This document shows, piece by piece, positions 18,748-28,443 of a stretch of 64,000 bases of DNA. The notes below the pieces were generated by a model. It had not been told where the DNA came from and did not search any database. It worked only from the letters and a program-made list of their open reading frames with translations. A program made the translations under genes and the position numbers. The stretch's first letter is position 1, and each line of letters opens with the position of its first letter. Source of the DNA: an uncultured Clostridia bacterium (GTDB lineage Bacteria; Bacillota; Clostridia; TANB77; CAG-508); contig CANRKA010000001.1 of the NCBI GenBank assembly GCA_947631025.1, positions 8,007 through 72,006 on the forward strand. Direction: 5' to 3'.

Positions 18748-19514
18748 TTACAATTCTTCTGCAAAATTCTTTTGTAATTTATTAAATATAAAATAACCTA
18801 TTATAAATATTGCTATAGATACGATAAACACTATTCCTAAAGTTTGCATATTTGGCATTCTTTGATAGTAAAAAATATCTCTATATGCGTTTAGAATATG
18901 TGCCATAGGATTTAATGTTATTATAAAATGGAAATTTGCCGGTATTGTATCAGATGAATATGCTATAGGAGTCACATAGAAGAGCATCATTATTCCAATA
19001 CTTATAAAATGTTCTAAATCTCTTAAAAAAACGGTTAAACTTGAAACTATAAATGCAATTCCAACTGAAAATATATATTGAACAAGTAATATTATTGGGT
19101 AAAAAATTATGTATTTACTTAGTCCCATTCCAGCGCATAATACAAATGCAATAATTATAATTGTTGAAATCAAAAAATTAACTAATTGACTTGTTACTAC
19201 AGAAATTGGAAGGATTTCTCTAGGAAAATATACTTTTTTTACAATATCACCATTTGCAATTATTGTTCCTGTTGATTGTGTTACTATTGTTGTAAAAAAG
19301 TTCCATGGAATTAATGCAACACAAAGAAAAATAACATAGTTATCTTGTGTATTTCTTAATATTAAAGGAAATATTATTGCATAAACTGCAAGCTGTAGTA
19401 ATGGATACAAAAAAGACCATAATATTCCTAAAAATGAATGCTTGTACTTTCCTCTAATTTCTTTTTTTATGTTAGTTTTTAATAATTCTCTGTATTGATA
19501 TATATTTTTAAACA
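18748..19514 (-). CDS. tagG: ABC-2 type polysaccharide/teichoic acid export permease
   Basis: Six TM segments with ...HSFLGILWSFLYPLLQLAVYAIIFPLILR. The start was moved to ATG 19514 (MISMFKNIYQYRELLKTNIKKE), preceded by AAAGGAAAAAG. The track start at 19590 overlaps tagH. Confidence 0.85.
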
Positions 19515-19540
19515 TCGATATCATTTTAACTTTTTCCTTT

Positions 19541-20284
19541 CTATGCTGTAACTCTTGTATACTCAGGTACCACCTCATTTGGAGTACCATCCATCTTTAT
19601 TTTTCCGTTATATAGCCATACTGCTCTTGTACAAAATCTTTCTACAGATCCCATAGTGTGCGTAACTATAACTATTGTTTTACCTTCCTTTTTTAATTCT
19701 TCTATTTTTTTAAAACATTTTTCTTGAAAATGTTGATCTCCTACAGATAATATTTCATCTATTAATAATATTTCTGCATCAACATTTATTGCTACAGAAA
19801 AAGCAAGTCTCATATACATTCCAGAAGAGTATGTTCTAACAGGATTATCTATATAATCTTTCAATTCAGAAAATTCAATTATTTGATCTAATCTTGCATC
19901 TATTTCTTTTCTAGTTAAACCAAATATAGAAGCATTAAAATATATATTTTCTCTTCCTGAAAAATCTGGATGAAATCCTGCTCCCAATTCTAACAGTGAT
20001 GTTAATTTTCCTTCTGTACTAACAGAACCTTCATTAGGATAAATTATTTTAGTCATTAGTTTTAGCAAAGTAGATTTTCCACTTCCATTTGTTCCAATTA
20101 GTCCTACTACTTCACCTTTTTTTATATCTAAATTTATATCATTTAAAACTGTTCTTTCTTGTTTGTTTTTAGACCTATTCCAAAATAAAATTTTTTCTTT
20201 TATTGTATTTGTTTTATCAAAAAAAACATTAAATTTTTTTGTTACATTTTTTACGCTTATAACTGTTGGTTCTGTTTTATTCAT
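19541..20284 (-). CDS. tagH: ABC transporter ATP-binding protein for polysaccharide/teichoic acid export
   Basis: Walker A GLIGTNGSGKSTLLK, signature LRLAFSVA-type region, Walker B ILLIDE and an H-loop. Confidence 0.85.
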   Translation of the reverse strand: MNKTEPTVISVKNVTKKFNVFFDKTNTIKEKILFWNRSKNKQERTVLNDINLDIKKGEVVGLIGTNGSGKSTLLKLMTKIIYPNEGSVSTEGKLTSLLELGAGFHPDFSGRENIYFNASIFGLTRKEIDARLDQIIEFSELKDYIDNPVRTYSSGMYMRLAFSVAINVDAEILLIDEILSVGDQHFQEKCFKKIEELKKEGKTIVIVTHTMGSVERFCTRAVWLYNGKIKMDGTPNEVVPEYTRVTA

Positions 20285-20390
20285 TCTTATCTCCTTAAGT
20301 TAAATTTTTAATTATTATATCATATCAATTTAATATGTCAAACTATTACAATCTTATGGCTAAAAATATTTTAAAAAATAAATTATATAC

Positions 20391-22322
20391 TTATTTTCTA
20401 TTTGCAATAATATTATTAACTTTAATTATATTAATTATTATATTACATATTCCAATATATGAAAAAGGTATTACGCAAATTGAAGTTCTCATAAATTCAC
20501 CATTTGTACCAATAAATGCCGTAAATAATATAGAAAATAGAAATACAAATACCCCTAAATTAAGCCAATCAATTTTTTTGTTTTTTATAGTAAGTATTAT
20601 GCCTATAATAAATTCTATAATCATTATAATATATACATTACCAAATTGTAATATATTAAAGCTTGATAAAATATTGTTGAATCTTGTGTTTGGGAAATTA
20701 AAACATAATTGCATATATGAACTGTATTTTTCGGTACTATATTGAATTATTAAATTATTTATATAATTTATATATTGCCTTATACTATTGTTTCTAGATA
20801 TCCTAATTAATTTTTGTATTTCCTTATTATTATATTCTTTATATACTAAACTCATAATTTTCCATGGGTTATCTTCTATCTTAAAACTTTCATCTACTTT
20901 TTTTATAAATTCCTCATTACCACTGTTTTTATAAAAACCTTGATCTATGCATACATACAAATCTTGTCTAACTTTAGCATCGCTAATAGAAAATATATTA
21001 TATTGTTTATAAAATATAGTTGCATAAATTAATATTAATATAATAGAAATTAAAGAAATTATAAAACATTTAATTTCTGTTTTTCTATTTTCTTTGTTTA
21101 CTAGTATTCTTAATAAGAAAAAAGCAAATAAAATTACAGGATATATTATGCATGCAGGTTTTAGAAATGTTATTATTATAGATAAGATAATTGCACAAAT
21201 TCCATATTTAATACTTACTTCTTTTAGATATTTTACTATTAAATAACATAATATTACTGTCCCTGATAAAGAAAATGATTCTGTTAAAATTGCATTATTC
21301 CAACCTAATACTGCAGTGCTTATCCCATATAAAAATGTTATAAGTAGTGCAATATATTCTTTTTTTGTTATATATATTATTGTTTTATATAAAAATATTA
21401 ATGATATAAATGATACTATAATTTGTATTTTGCTTAAAATTATCTCATAAGAATAATTTTCACACAAAAATAACATCATTTTTATTATAAATGGATAGAC
21501 AGGTGTTCTTCCATTTAGATGTGTTGAAAATGGATTTGTTATTTTATAATTTTCTGTATCTGGATATAATGTAAATGCAACAGATTTTACATAAAAGACA
21601 TGTTGAATACAAGCGACTATTAGTAACATTGGTAATAATAAATTCTTATCTTTTGTGTATAAATAATATGATGCTTTACAAAACATTACAAATAATATTT
21701 CAAGCATAATAAAAGAACAAATTAATCTTATTATTGAAAATAAGCTCATACTTTTATTACTGTTTACATTATATTCTATATAACTATCATTAAATGAATA
21801 TAAGTCAATTTCTTTCAATTCATTTCCATCTTTTATAGAAACAATTCCATTTTTTCTATCTGATTTAAATTCAATTATTATATCCTTACTTTTTTCAAAA
21901 TTTAATTCTAGTGGATTTAATTGTATTTTATTTTCAATATCTTGCTTTACATTATCAATTATTAATCCATTTATAGATAATTCTTTACTCAAATTACCAT
22001 TTTGGTCATTTTCACTAATAACTATAGTAGATTCTGTATATTTTTTTGTAAAAAAGTCAAAATTGGTGGCTAAACATAAAATAGATAATACTGTAGCAAC
22101 AATTATTATCCAAATTTCTATTTTTTTATTTGCTTTTTCTAAAGCATGTTTTATTTTTATGTAATAAAAATAAAACATTATATATAATGTTGCCAGAAAG
22201 AATAAAGCAACTGCTATAGTACATCTTTTAGGTAACTCCCATATTCTATTTATTAAATAAACTTGATAAATTGCTATTATTAAAGGCAATAACCAATATA
22301 TAATTTTTTTTATTTTATTCAT
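20391..22322 (-). CDS. Large polytopic membrane protein (643 aa), putative GT-C glycosyltransferase or polymerase
   Basis: Three N-terminal TM segments, then a hydrophilic domain of about 110 aa, then at least 10 further TM segments. No soluble catalytic domain is present. It sits directly upstream of the GtrB-like gene at 22333..23280. Confidence 0.5.
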   Translation of the reverse strand: MNKIKKIIYWLLPLIIAIYQVYLINRIWELPKRCTIAVALFFLATLYIMFYFYYIKIKHALEKANKKIEIWIIIVATVLSILCLATNFDFFTKKYTESTIVISENDQNGNLSKELSINGLIIDNVKQDIENKIQLNPLELNFEKSKDIIIEFKSDRKNGIVSIKDGNELKEIDLYSFNDSYIEYNVNSNKSMSLFSIIRLICSFIMLEILFVMFCKASYYLYTKDKNLLLPMLLIVACIQHVFYVKSVAFTLYPDTENYKITNPFSTHLNGRTPVYPFIIKMMLFLCENYSYEIILSKIQIIVSFISLIFLYKTIIYITKKEYIALLITFLYGISTAVLGWNNAILTESFSLSGTVILCYLIVKYLKEVSIKYGICAIILSIIITFLKPACIIYPVILFAFFLLRILVNKENRKTEIKCFIISLISIILILIYATIFYKQYNIFSISDAKVRQDLYVCIDQGFYKNSGNEEFIKKVDESFKIEDNPWKIMSLVYKEYNNKEIQKLIRISRNNSIRQYINYINNLIIQYSTEKYSSYMQLCFNFPNTRFNNILSSFNILQFGNVYIIMIIEFIIGIILTIKNKKIDWLNLGVFVFLFSILFTAFIGTNGEFMRTSICVIPFSYIGICNIIINIIKVNNIIANRK

Positions 22323-22332
22323 ATATTATCTC

Positions 22333-23280
22333 CTATTTTGTTATTTTTTCTACTGATTCAACTATATAATTTTGTTTTTTAAATATTAAATCTATAATTA
22401 TTGATAAATATTTTATCATAATTGTTAAAATAGAAAATATTCCAAAAAAAGCAAATGATAGTAATAACATTGTTGTTGTCCAACCTTCTATTGGTTTTGA
22501 AGCAATAGCTATACAAATTGTATATATTCCAGTTATTATTGTTACTAAAATCATAAACATTGACATTACCATAGTATATTTAGATGAAACATCAGTAAAT
22601 AATATAATAGACTCAACAGCTAATCCTTTTCTAAATTCATTTGTTTCTCTAGACATTTTTATTGATTTTTTCTTATTTACAGATTTATATTCTATAGTTT
22701 TTAACTTTAATCCACAATTTGCATAAACCGCTTTTCTATATGGAATTGTTTTATTTATTGACTTTACTCTATTAATTGCTCTTCTTGATAAAATTCTAAA
22801 GCTTTCTGTATTTATATTGTACATATTATTTGTGTTTTTGTTGAATACTTTATAAAATAATTTTGATGAAATCAATTTGTTAGAATCTGATTTTGCACTA
22901 ACAATATCAAATCCCTTTAATGATTCCTTATATATTTGCATTATTACATTTAAATCATAATCTATCTCTATATTATCAAATTCATAGACAAAATCACCTA
23001 TAGATAAATCTATTCCGGCTTGCATAGATAATTCTTTTCCTTGGAAATAACTCATATTTACTATGCTTATAACTGTTTGAGTTATCTCATCTGAAGCTTT
23101 TTTTATTTCAGTAACTGACTTATCTGTAGAACCATCATTAACACATATTATTTCATATTTTTCAAAATTTTCTTCAAGTTCTTTATTTACTTTTTTTATA
23201 AATTTATAAATTTCTTTTTCATAGTTATGAACATATATTATAGCTGATATAAAATTTTTTTCTTTAATATTATTTTTCAT
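22333..23280 (-). CDS. GtrB/DPM1-like polyprenyl-phosphate glycosyltransferase (second copy)
   Basis: ISAIIYVHNYEKEIYKFI...YEIICVNDGSTDKS...YFQGKELSMQAGIDLSIGDFV plus two C-terminal TM helices (MVMSMFMILVTIITGIYTICIAIA, LLLSFAFFGIFSILTIMI). Confidence 0.8.
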   Translation of the reverse strand: MKNNIKEKNFISAIIYVHNYEKEIYKFIKKVNKELEENFEKYEIICVNDGSTDKSVTEIKKASDEITQTVISIVNMSYFQGKELSMQAGIDLSIGDFVYEFDNIEIDYDLNVIMQIYKESLKGFDIVSAKSDSNKLISSKLFYKVFNKNTNNMYNINTESFRILSRRAINRVKSINKTIPYRKAVYANCGLKLKTIEYKSVNKKKSIKMSRETNEFRKGLAVESIILFTDVSSKYTMVMSMFMILVTIITGIYTICIAIASKPIEGWTTTMLLLSFAFFGIFSILTIMIKYLSIIIDLIFKKQNYIVESVEKITK

Positions 23281-24406
23281 TTTTTAGCACCTCATCTAAA
23301 TCAAATACTGTATTTATTTTTCCTGATAAAACACTAATAAAAGTTGGATTTTCAGAAAACTTTTTTATTACTGTAGGTCGAGAATCATCTATTTCAGATG
23401 CCATTAGAATAGGCTTCATTGAAAATAAAGATTTCTCATATTTAAATTCATATTCGTCTTTTAAATATTTTCTTGCTAAGTTTGACATATACCTCCAAGC
23501 ACTTTTAGGCTTAGCAGAGCAATCATTACAATTTCCTAATCTCTCAGGGGAACAATATCCATTGCTTTTAGCTTGACATTCAAAAGTTGGAAGTTCATCA
23601 AAACTAGTTATGTGTGGAGTAAAAGTAACTGATGTTAAAGAATGGTATCCTGTTTTTCCAAAAGGCATTATAGAAAAGAATGGCCCATCCATAACAGTAA
23701 TACCAACATTTTTTAAATTTTCACTAACACTACAAAGAATTATTTCACAAAGTTCATATTTAATCTTAAATGTTTCATAATTTAACATTTTTAGAATTTG
23801 GTTTACTGATGCATATGTTGCATTTAAAACAAAACCACTTTCATATATTTTTCCGTCATTTAAATATATTCTATATACATTTTCATCTTTTTCTATATTT
23901 TCTATTACTGAACTATATTTTATTTCAATATTGTCTAATTTTTTTATTTCATTTAAAAAATATTGTTTTAATATTTGAGCATCGTATGTATATTCCGTAG
24001 TTAAGAAACTGCCATCGCAGACTCCATCTTTAAAATATTTTTGTATTGGAATTTCATCACATCTTATATTTGCATTATCACAAAATTTTTTAAATTGTTC
24101 CGCATTTGTCCATGAAAAATTTTTAGAAGTTGCATATATTTGTTTAAAATCTGTTAATTCGGAAAATCCATATGCTTTATTAAATCTTTCAAAATATCCT
24201 GCAGATTTAATTGCTGTAGAATAAGAACGAGGATAATGATATCCCATATGAACTCTTGCTTGATTTATATATGTTGCTCGTTTAAAGGCAGCATCATCTT
24301 TTTCTATAACTAATATTTTTTGATTCATTTTACCACATAACAATGCAGAATATAATCCGTAGATTCCTGCACCTATAATTATTTTATCATACTTCATTTT
24401 TATCAT
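23270..24406 (-). CDS. FAD/NAD(P)-binding oxidoreductase of unknown specificity
   Basis: The N-terminal dinucleotide-binding fold is KIIIGAGIYGLYSALLCGKMNQKILVIEKD. A cysteine-rich stretch CQAKSNGYCSPERLGNCNDCS follows. It does not match UDP-galactopyranose mutase motifs. Confidence 0.55.
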   Translation of the reverse strand: MIKMKYDKIIIGAGIYGLYSALLCGKMNQKILVIEKDDAAFKRATYINQARVHMGYHYPRSYSTAIKSAGYFERFNKAYGFSELTDFKQIYATSKNFSWTNAEQFKKFCDNANIRCDEIPIQKYFKDGVCDGSFLTTEYTYDAQILKQYFLNEIKKLDNIEIKYSSVIENIEKDENVYRIYLNDGKIYESGFVLNATYASVNQILKMLNYETFKIKYELCEIILCSVSENLKNVGITVMDGPFFSIMPFGKTGYHSLTSVTFTPHITSFDELPTFECQAKSNGYCSPERLGNCNDCSAKPKSAWRYMSNLARKYLKDEYEFKYEKSLFSMKPILMASEIDDSRPTVIKKFSENPTFISVLSGKINTVFDLDEVLKNEK

Positions 24407-25206
24407 TCCTTAACTTTTACATCATATTTATGAAACAAATTATTAAATAATATTTTTAATAATTCACTATTTCCTTTAAAGAAACTTATTTTCGTCGGTG
24501 TTTTTCCTTTCTTAGGATATTCTCTTTTTACAGCTATCTCGCAAGTTTTTAGTTTTAATTGATCTGCTTTAACAGATAAATATGCTAATAACTCATAAGT
24601 CATAAAAATATCTCTTAAAGGTTCAACATTAGGATGTTCTAAATATTTTTTTGAATATGCTCTATAAGCATTCGTAGTATCTGTATACCATTTATGTGCA
24701 GTTAAAGATATAACTGGCGCATGTAATAATCTTACAGAAATGGTTCTTATAAATGGCGTATTAATTGCTTGTCCTCCTTTTATAAATCTTGAGCCTTGAA
24801 TAAAATCATATCCTTCTTCTAATTTTTCTATAAATTTTGGTACATCTTCTATGCTATCTTTATTATTTCCATCTATTGTAATAATTCCTTCATATCCTCT
24901 TTTTAAAGCCCAATATATTCCCATTCTTAATTGAGCTCCTTGTTTTCCTTTATCCTTTTTTATAAGTAAAGTATTTACTCCTAAATCTTCTAATATATTT
25001 CTATCGGTAGAACCATCTGTTGAACCCCCATCACAGATAATAATATCTGCCATCTTATCAATATTATTTTCTTGAGCTCTTTTAAGCTCATTTTTTATTC
25101 TTTCTCCTTCATTTATAATTGGTATACATATACAATATTTTGTCTTTTTTTCGGTATACTCATTACTTTCAAAATTTGGAACTCCTTCTATATCTTTATA
25201 CAACAT
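24403..25206 (-). CDS. GT2 glycosyltransferase, DPM1-like, soluble (third polyprenyl-phosphate-sugar synthase candidate)
   Basis: YCICIPIINEGERIKNEL...ADIIICDGGSTDGS...GKQGAQLRMGIYWALKRGYEGIITIDGNNKD...GSRF. It has no TM anchor. Confidence 0.75.
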   Translation of the reverse strand: MLYKDIEGVPNFESNEYTEKKTKYCICIPIINEGERIKNELKRAQENNIDKMADIIICDGGSTDGSTDRNILEDLGVNTLLIKKDKGKQGAQLRMGIYWALKRGYEGIITIDGNNKDSIEDVPKFIEKLEEGYDFIQGSRFIKGGQAINTPFIRTISVRLLHAPVISLTAHKWYTDTTNAYRAYSKKYLEHPNVEPLRDIFMTYELLAYLSVKADQLKLKTCEIAVKREYPKKGKTPTKISFFKGNSELLKILFNNLFHKYDVKVKE

Positions 25207-25308
25207 TATTGATTCCCCTCTCTCTAAGAAAAAACTTCAACTACATATTTTATAACATCATTATATATATTTTTAATATATGTTAATTAACGCTAAAGCC
25301 CTTATTTA

Positions 25309-27534
25309 TTACTTTATAACTTCAAAATAATATGGATAACAGAATTCTTTTGAGCTTCCATCTAATTCGATTTTTATAGAATCTCCATTTTCCTGAATAT
25401 TTAATATATTTCTTGTTGTATCATTAATTTTTATCTGTTTTGCATACTCTAATATTATTTTATTTAAGCTTGAATTTTCCACATATAAGCTATTATCACT
25501 ATTTCTACTATTATCTAATACATAACAATAATTAAATATATTATCATAATAATCTATTATTTCTGCATTATTTATTTCTAATACAGTATTATTAATTGGA
25601 TATGATGATATAATTACTTCACCTTTTCCATTTATAATAGTAACTGGAATATAATATCCATCTGAGCTTTGTTTAATATTATAATTATTACGAGTATTAT
25701 CATCATTAGCTATTTCGTTGGATGTTACATCTTCAATATAAATATATTTGTTAATATCTAATGTTCTTAAAAAGCTTTTTTTGAAATTGGCTTTATAAGA
25801 GATTTTCACATCTACTATACCGTCAAAATTTGCATCATTAGATTCTATATTTATACTATATTTAGAATCTCCTAATTTTGTTTTTTCTATTTTTAAATCT
25901 TGATTAGATTTTTTATGATCAGATTTTTTCTCTAAAAATGTGCTATATTCCGTTTCAAATAAAGGTACATATTCTTTATATAATTCTCTGTAAAAAAACC
26001 AGTTCGTATTTCTAACCCAATTTTTATACTTTTGATGAGTTCCAAGAATATTTACATATTTATAATTCCCTTGTCTGAAATTTTCTAAATATTTTTCTCT
26101 TTGCTTATCACCTAAACAATGTATTATATAATCAACTCCAGTTGGTTGATACTGATTAGTTACAATTTCAAATGCAGATGCATACATTGAAAATATTTGT
26201 TCATTATTAATTTTTTTACTTATATCTTTAATACTTGTAGAATATTTAGTTAAGTATCCTCCTAATTCTTCTATATATACTGCATCCTCACTTCTATGTT
26301 TTCTATTATATAAATGGCCCCAGTATGTATTTATTAATGTTGCTAATGTTAATATAACAATAACATTTCTAATTACACTTTTTATTTCTTTATTAGTGCA
26401 CATTATGTCAAATATTTTAGCAATATAACTTACTATTAAAACAGCTAATACTAAATTCAACATCTCGTTTGATATACCACCAGATATAATCTGATATAAA
26501 TATGCTGATATTATTGAACTTATACATATTAATGATAATAATGCATATCTAAAATCATCTTTTGATTTTAATAATTTGTATATATAATAAATTGAAATTA
26601 TAATGATTATCATATTATTTATTGACATATTTAAATCAATTAACGAGATATTATACTTTTCACTTGCTTCTCCATAATACCATTTTTGATATGAACTTAC
26701 ACCTAGTGTAAATTCATACCAATCTATAATATGACCTCTTGTAATAATTAATATACACATTAAAGCAGTAAATAGACTTATTGCAATATATAAAAAAGTA
26801 TACTTAACTATACTTTTTATGTCCTTTTTATATTGTTTTATAAGTACTAAAAAATAAATAAAAGAAATTGCTATGTAGGTTGCAATACCTCCATCATTAC
26901 TCCATGGAATTGTTATTCCAGCAATAATGGATATTACTATTTTTTTTAATAATATCTTATTTTTTATAAATTCTATTTTCTTATTATCAATAATGTAATT
27001 GAATAGGTATATTAAAGCTGATATTATAGAAATAATTGACAATCTAATTAATCTAGCAGAATTACCAGGATTAATTGAAAAATCAAACGCACTTATAAAT
27101 TCATTATTCATATTTGCAAATAAAAAATTTGGTCTTAATATGTTTATTATTGCAAATATTAAAGCTATATAGACAGCCTTTTTCTTGCTTTTTAATACTA
27201 AAAAACTTATCACAAATACTGTGAATTCAAAAAGCAACACAGTCACACAATTTGTAACAAATAAACTACTAGTGAAATTATTTCCTAATATTAGCACAAA
27301 AAATGATAATAAAAATAAATGACCAGATCCTAAATAAACTACAAAGTCTTTAAATGGAATTTGTCCAGCAAGAAGTCGTCTAATTGGATTATAATTTTGA
27401 AAATCTCCATTAATTGGTTTAAAGTCAGATATTTCAATTCTTTTTAATCCTATAATTATTGCTAGAAGAATTAATAATATTACCATTATTATTGTCTCTA
27501 TTTTTTTATATTTTATAGATCTTATAGATTTCAT
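25309..27534 (-). CDS. Large polytopic membrane protein (741 aa) with a C-terminal extracytoplasmic domain, putative GT-C glycosyltransferase
   Basis: About 13 TM segments in the first ~400 aa. A conserved-looking first-loop segment reads FQNYNPIRRLLAGQIPFKDFVVYLGSG. The hydrophilic C-terminal ~330 aa is rich in N, D and Y. Confidence 0.5.
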   Translation of the reverse strand: MKSIRSIKYKKIETIIMVILLILLAIIIGLKRIEISDFKPINGDFQNYNPIRRLLAGQIPFKDFVVYLGSGHLFLLSFFVLILGNNFTSSLFVTNCVTVLLFEFTVFVISFLVLKSKKKAVYIALIFAIINILRPNFLFANMNNEFISAFDFSINPGNSARLIRLSIISIISALIYLFNYIIDNKKIEFIKNKILLKKIVISIIAGITIPWSNDGGIATYIAISFIYFLVLIKQYKKDIKSIVKYTFLYIAISLFTALMCILIITRGHIIDWYEFTLGVSSYQKWYYGEASEKYNISLIDLNMSINNMIIIIISIYYIYKLLKSKDDFRYALLSLICISSIISAYLYQIISGGISNEMLNLVLAVLIVSYIAKIFDIMCTNKEIKSVIRNVIVILTLATLINTYWGHLYNRKHRSEDAVYIEELGGYLTKYSTSIKDISKKINNEQIFSMYASAFEIVTNQYQPTGVDYIIHCLGDKQREKYLENFRQGNYKYVNILGTHQKYKNWVRNTNWFFYRELYKEYVPLFETEYSTFLEKKSDHKKSNQDLKIEKTKLGDSKYSINIESNDANFDGIVDVKISYKANFKKSFLRTLDINKYIYIEDVTSNEIANDDNTRNNYNIKQSSDGYYIPVTIINGKGEVIISSYPINNTVLEINNAEIIDYYDNIFNYCYVLDNSRNSDNSLYVENSSLNKIILEYAKQIKINDTTRNILNIQENGDSIKIELDGSSKEFCYPYYFEVIK

Positions 27535-27631
27535 TCTAATTTTCCCTTCAAGTTATGTTTATAATATCAGTATAACAATTTTTTATATAATTGTTATTTC
27601 CTTTATATCTTTATAAACAGTTATTTATTTT

Positions 27632-28417
27632 CTAATTAAATATTTCTTTAACATATTTAATTACATTTATTATATTATTTATTGATTCTGTTTGTTTCAT
27701 TTCTATAGATACATATTTATCGTAATCTATACTTTTTAAAAATTTTGCAAGTTCTTTATGTTCTTTTCTTTCCTCTATTTTCAATAGATTTGGTTCGCTA
27801 ATATGAATATGATTAACCAAATTAATATTATCAAATATAGTTTCTATATTTTCTCTATTTTCAATGATTGTTCCAAAATCTACATTTACTTTTATGCCAT
27901 CACAATTCACTTTTTTTACGAATTCAAAAGCCTCCTTAGTAGTATTAATAAAATTAGTTCCATAAATAGTTGGATTAGGTTCAATAGATAGTATAGTATT
28001 CCTACTTTGCGCATAATTTCCTAATTCTTTAAAAAAATATATAATATCATTTTCATCATATTGTTCTGGTTTAATTCTATTTTTAGGGCATCCAAATACT
28101 AAGTTTTTGCATTCAATTATATTAGCAAAATCAATTGCTTTTTTTGTATAATCTATAAACATCTTTGCATCTTCAGTATTAAAAATATTTCCTTTTTTCC
28201 CATACCATATTGATTGCATTGATGAAATATTTAAATCATATTTTTCTTTTAATTCATTTTTCATTTTTTTTGCTTCATCTAGTTTATCATATGGATTTTC
28301 TTTAATTAACATTGTAGGAGCTATTTCAATTCCATCAAATTCATTTTGTTTAATAATTTTATACATTTCCGTATTATTTTCTTCGCTCCATCCTATATTT
28401 GATACAGATAATTTCAT
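27632..28417 (-). CDS. Sugar-phosphate isomerase/epimerase (xylose-isomerase-like TIM barrel)
   Basis: MKLSVSNIGWSE..FDGIEIAP..., ...NLVFGCP..., ...SIEPN..., VDFGT... and HIHISEPN match PF01261. The start was moved to ATG 28417, preceded by GGAAAGAAGGAAAAA. Confidence 0.7.
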   Translation of the reverse strand: MKLSVSNIGWSEENNTEMYKIIKQNEFDGIEIAPTMLIKENPYDKLDEAKKMKNELKEKYDLNISSMQSIWYGKKGNIFNTEDAKMFIDYTKKAIDFANIIECKNLVFGCPKNRIKPEQYDENDIIYFFKELGNYAQSRNTILSIEPNPTIYGTNFINTTKEAFEFVKKVNCDGIKVNVDFGTIIENRENIETIFDNINLVNHIHISEPNLLKIEERKEHKELAKFLKSIDYDKYVSIEMKQTESINNIINVIKYVKEIFN

Positions 28418-28425
28418 TTTTTCCT
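28365..28425. repeat. Direct repeat copy A (about 53 bp). It covers the RBS and first 17 codons of the isomerase gene.
   Basis: atttccgtattattttcttcgctccatcctatatttgatacagataatttcat matches 30061-30113 at about 50 of 53 positions. Confidence 0.8.
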
Positions 28426-28443
28426 TCTTTCCTATATAATTTT

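Noticed and set aside
20335-20745. 136-aa plus-strand ORF in the gap between tagH and the 643-aa membrane-protein gene
   Set aside because: Most of it overlaps the 3' end of the minus-strand gene 20391..22322. Its translation is poly-I/L low complexity. It is an AT-rich antisense artefact.
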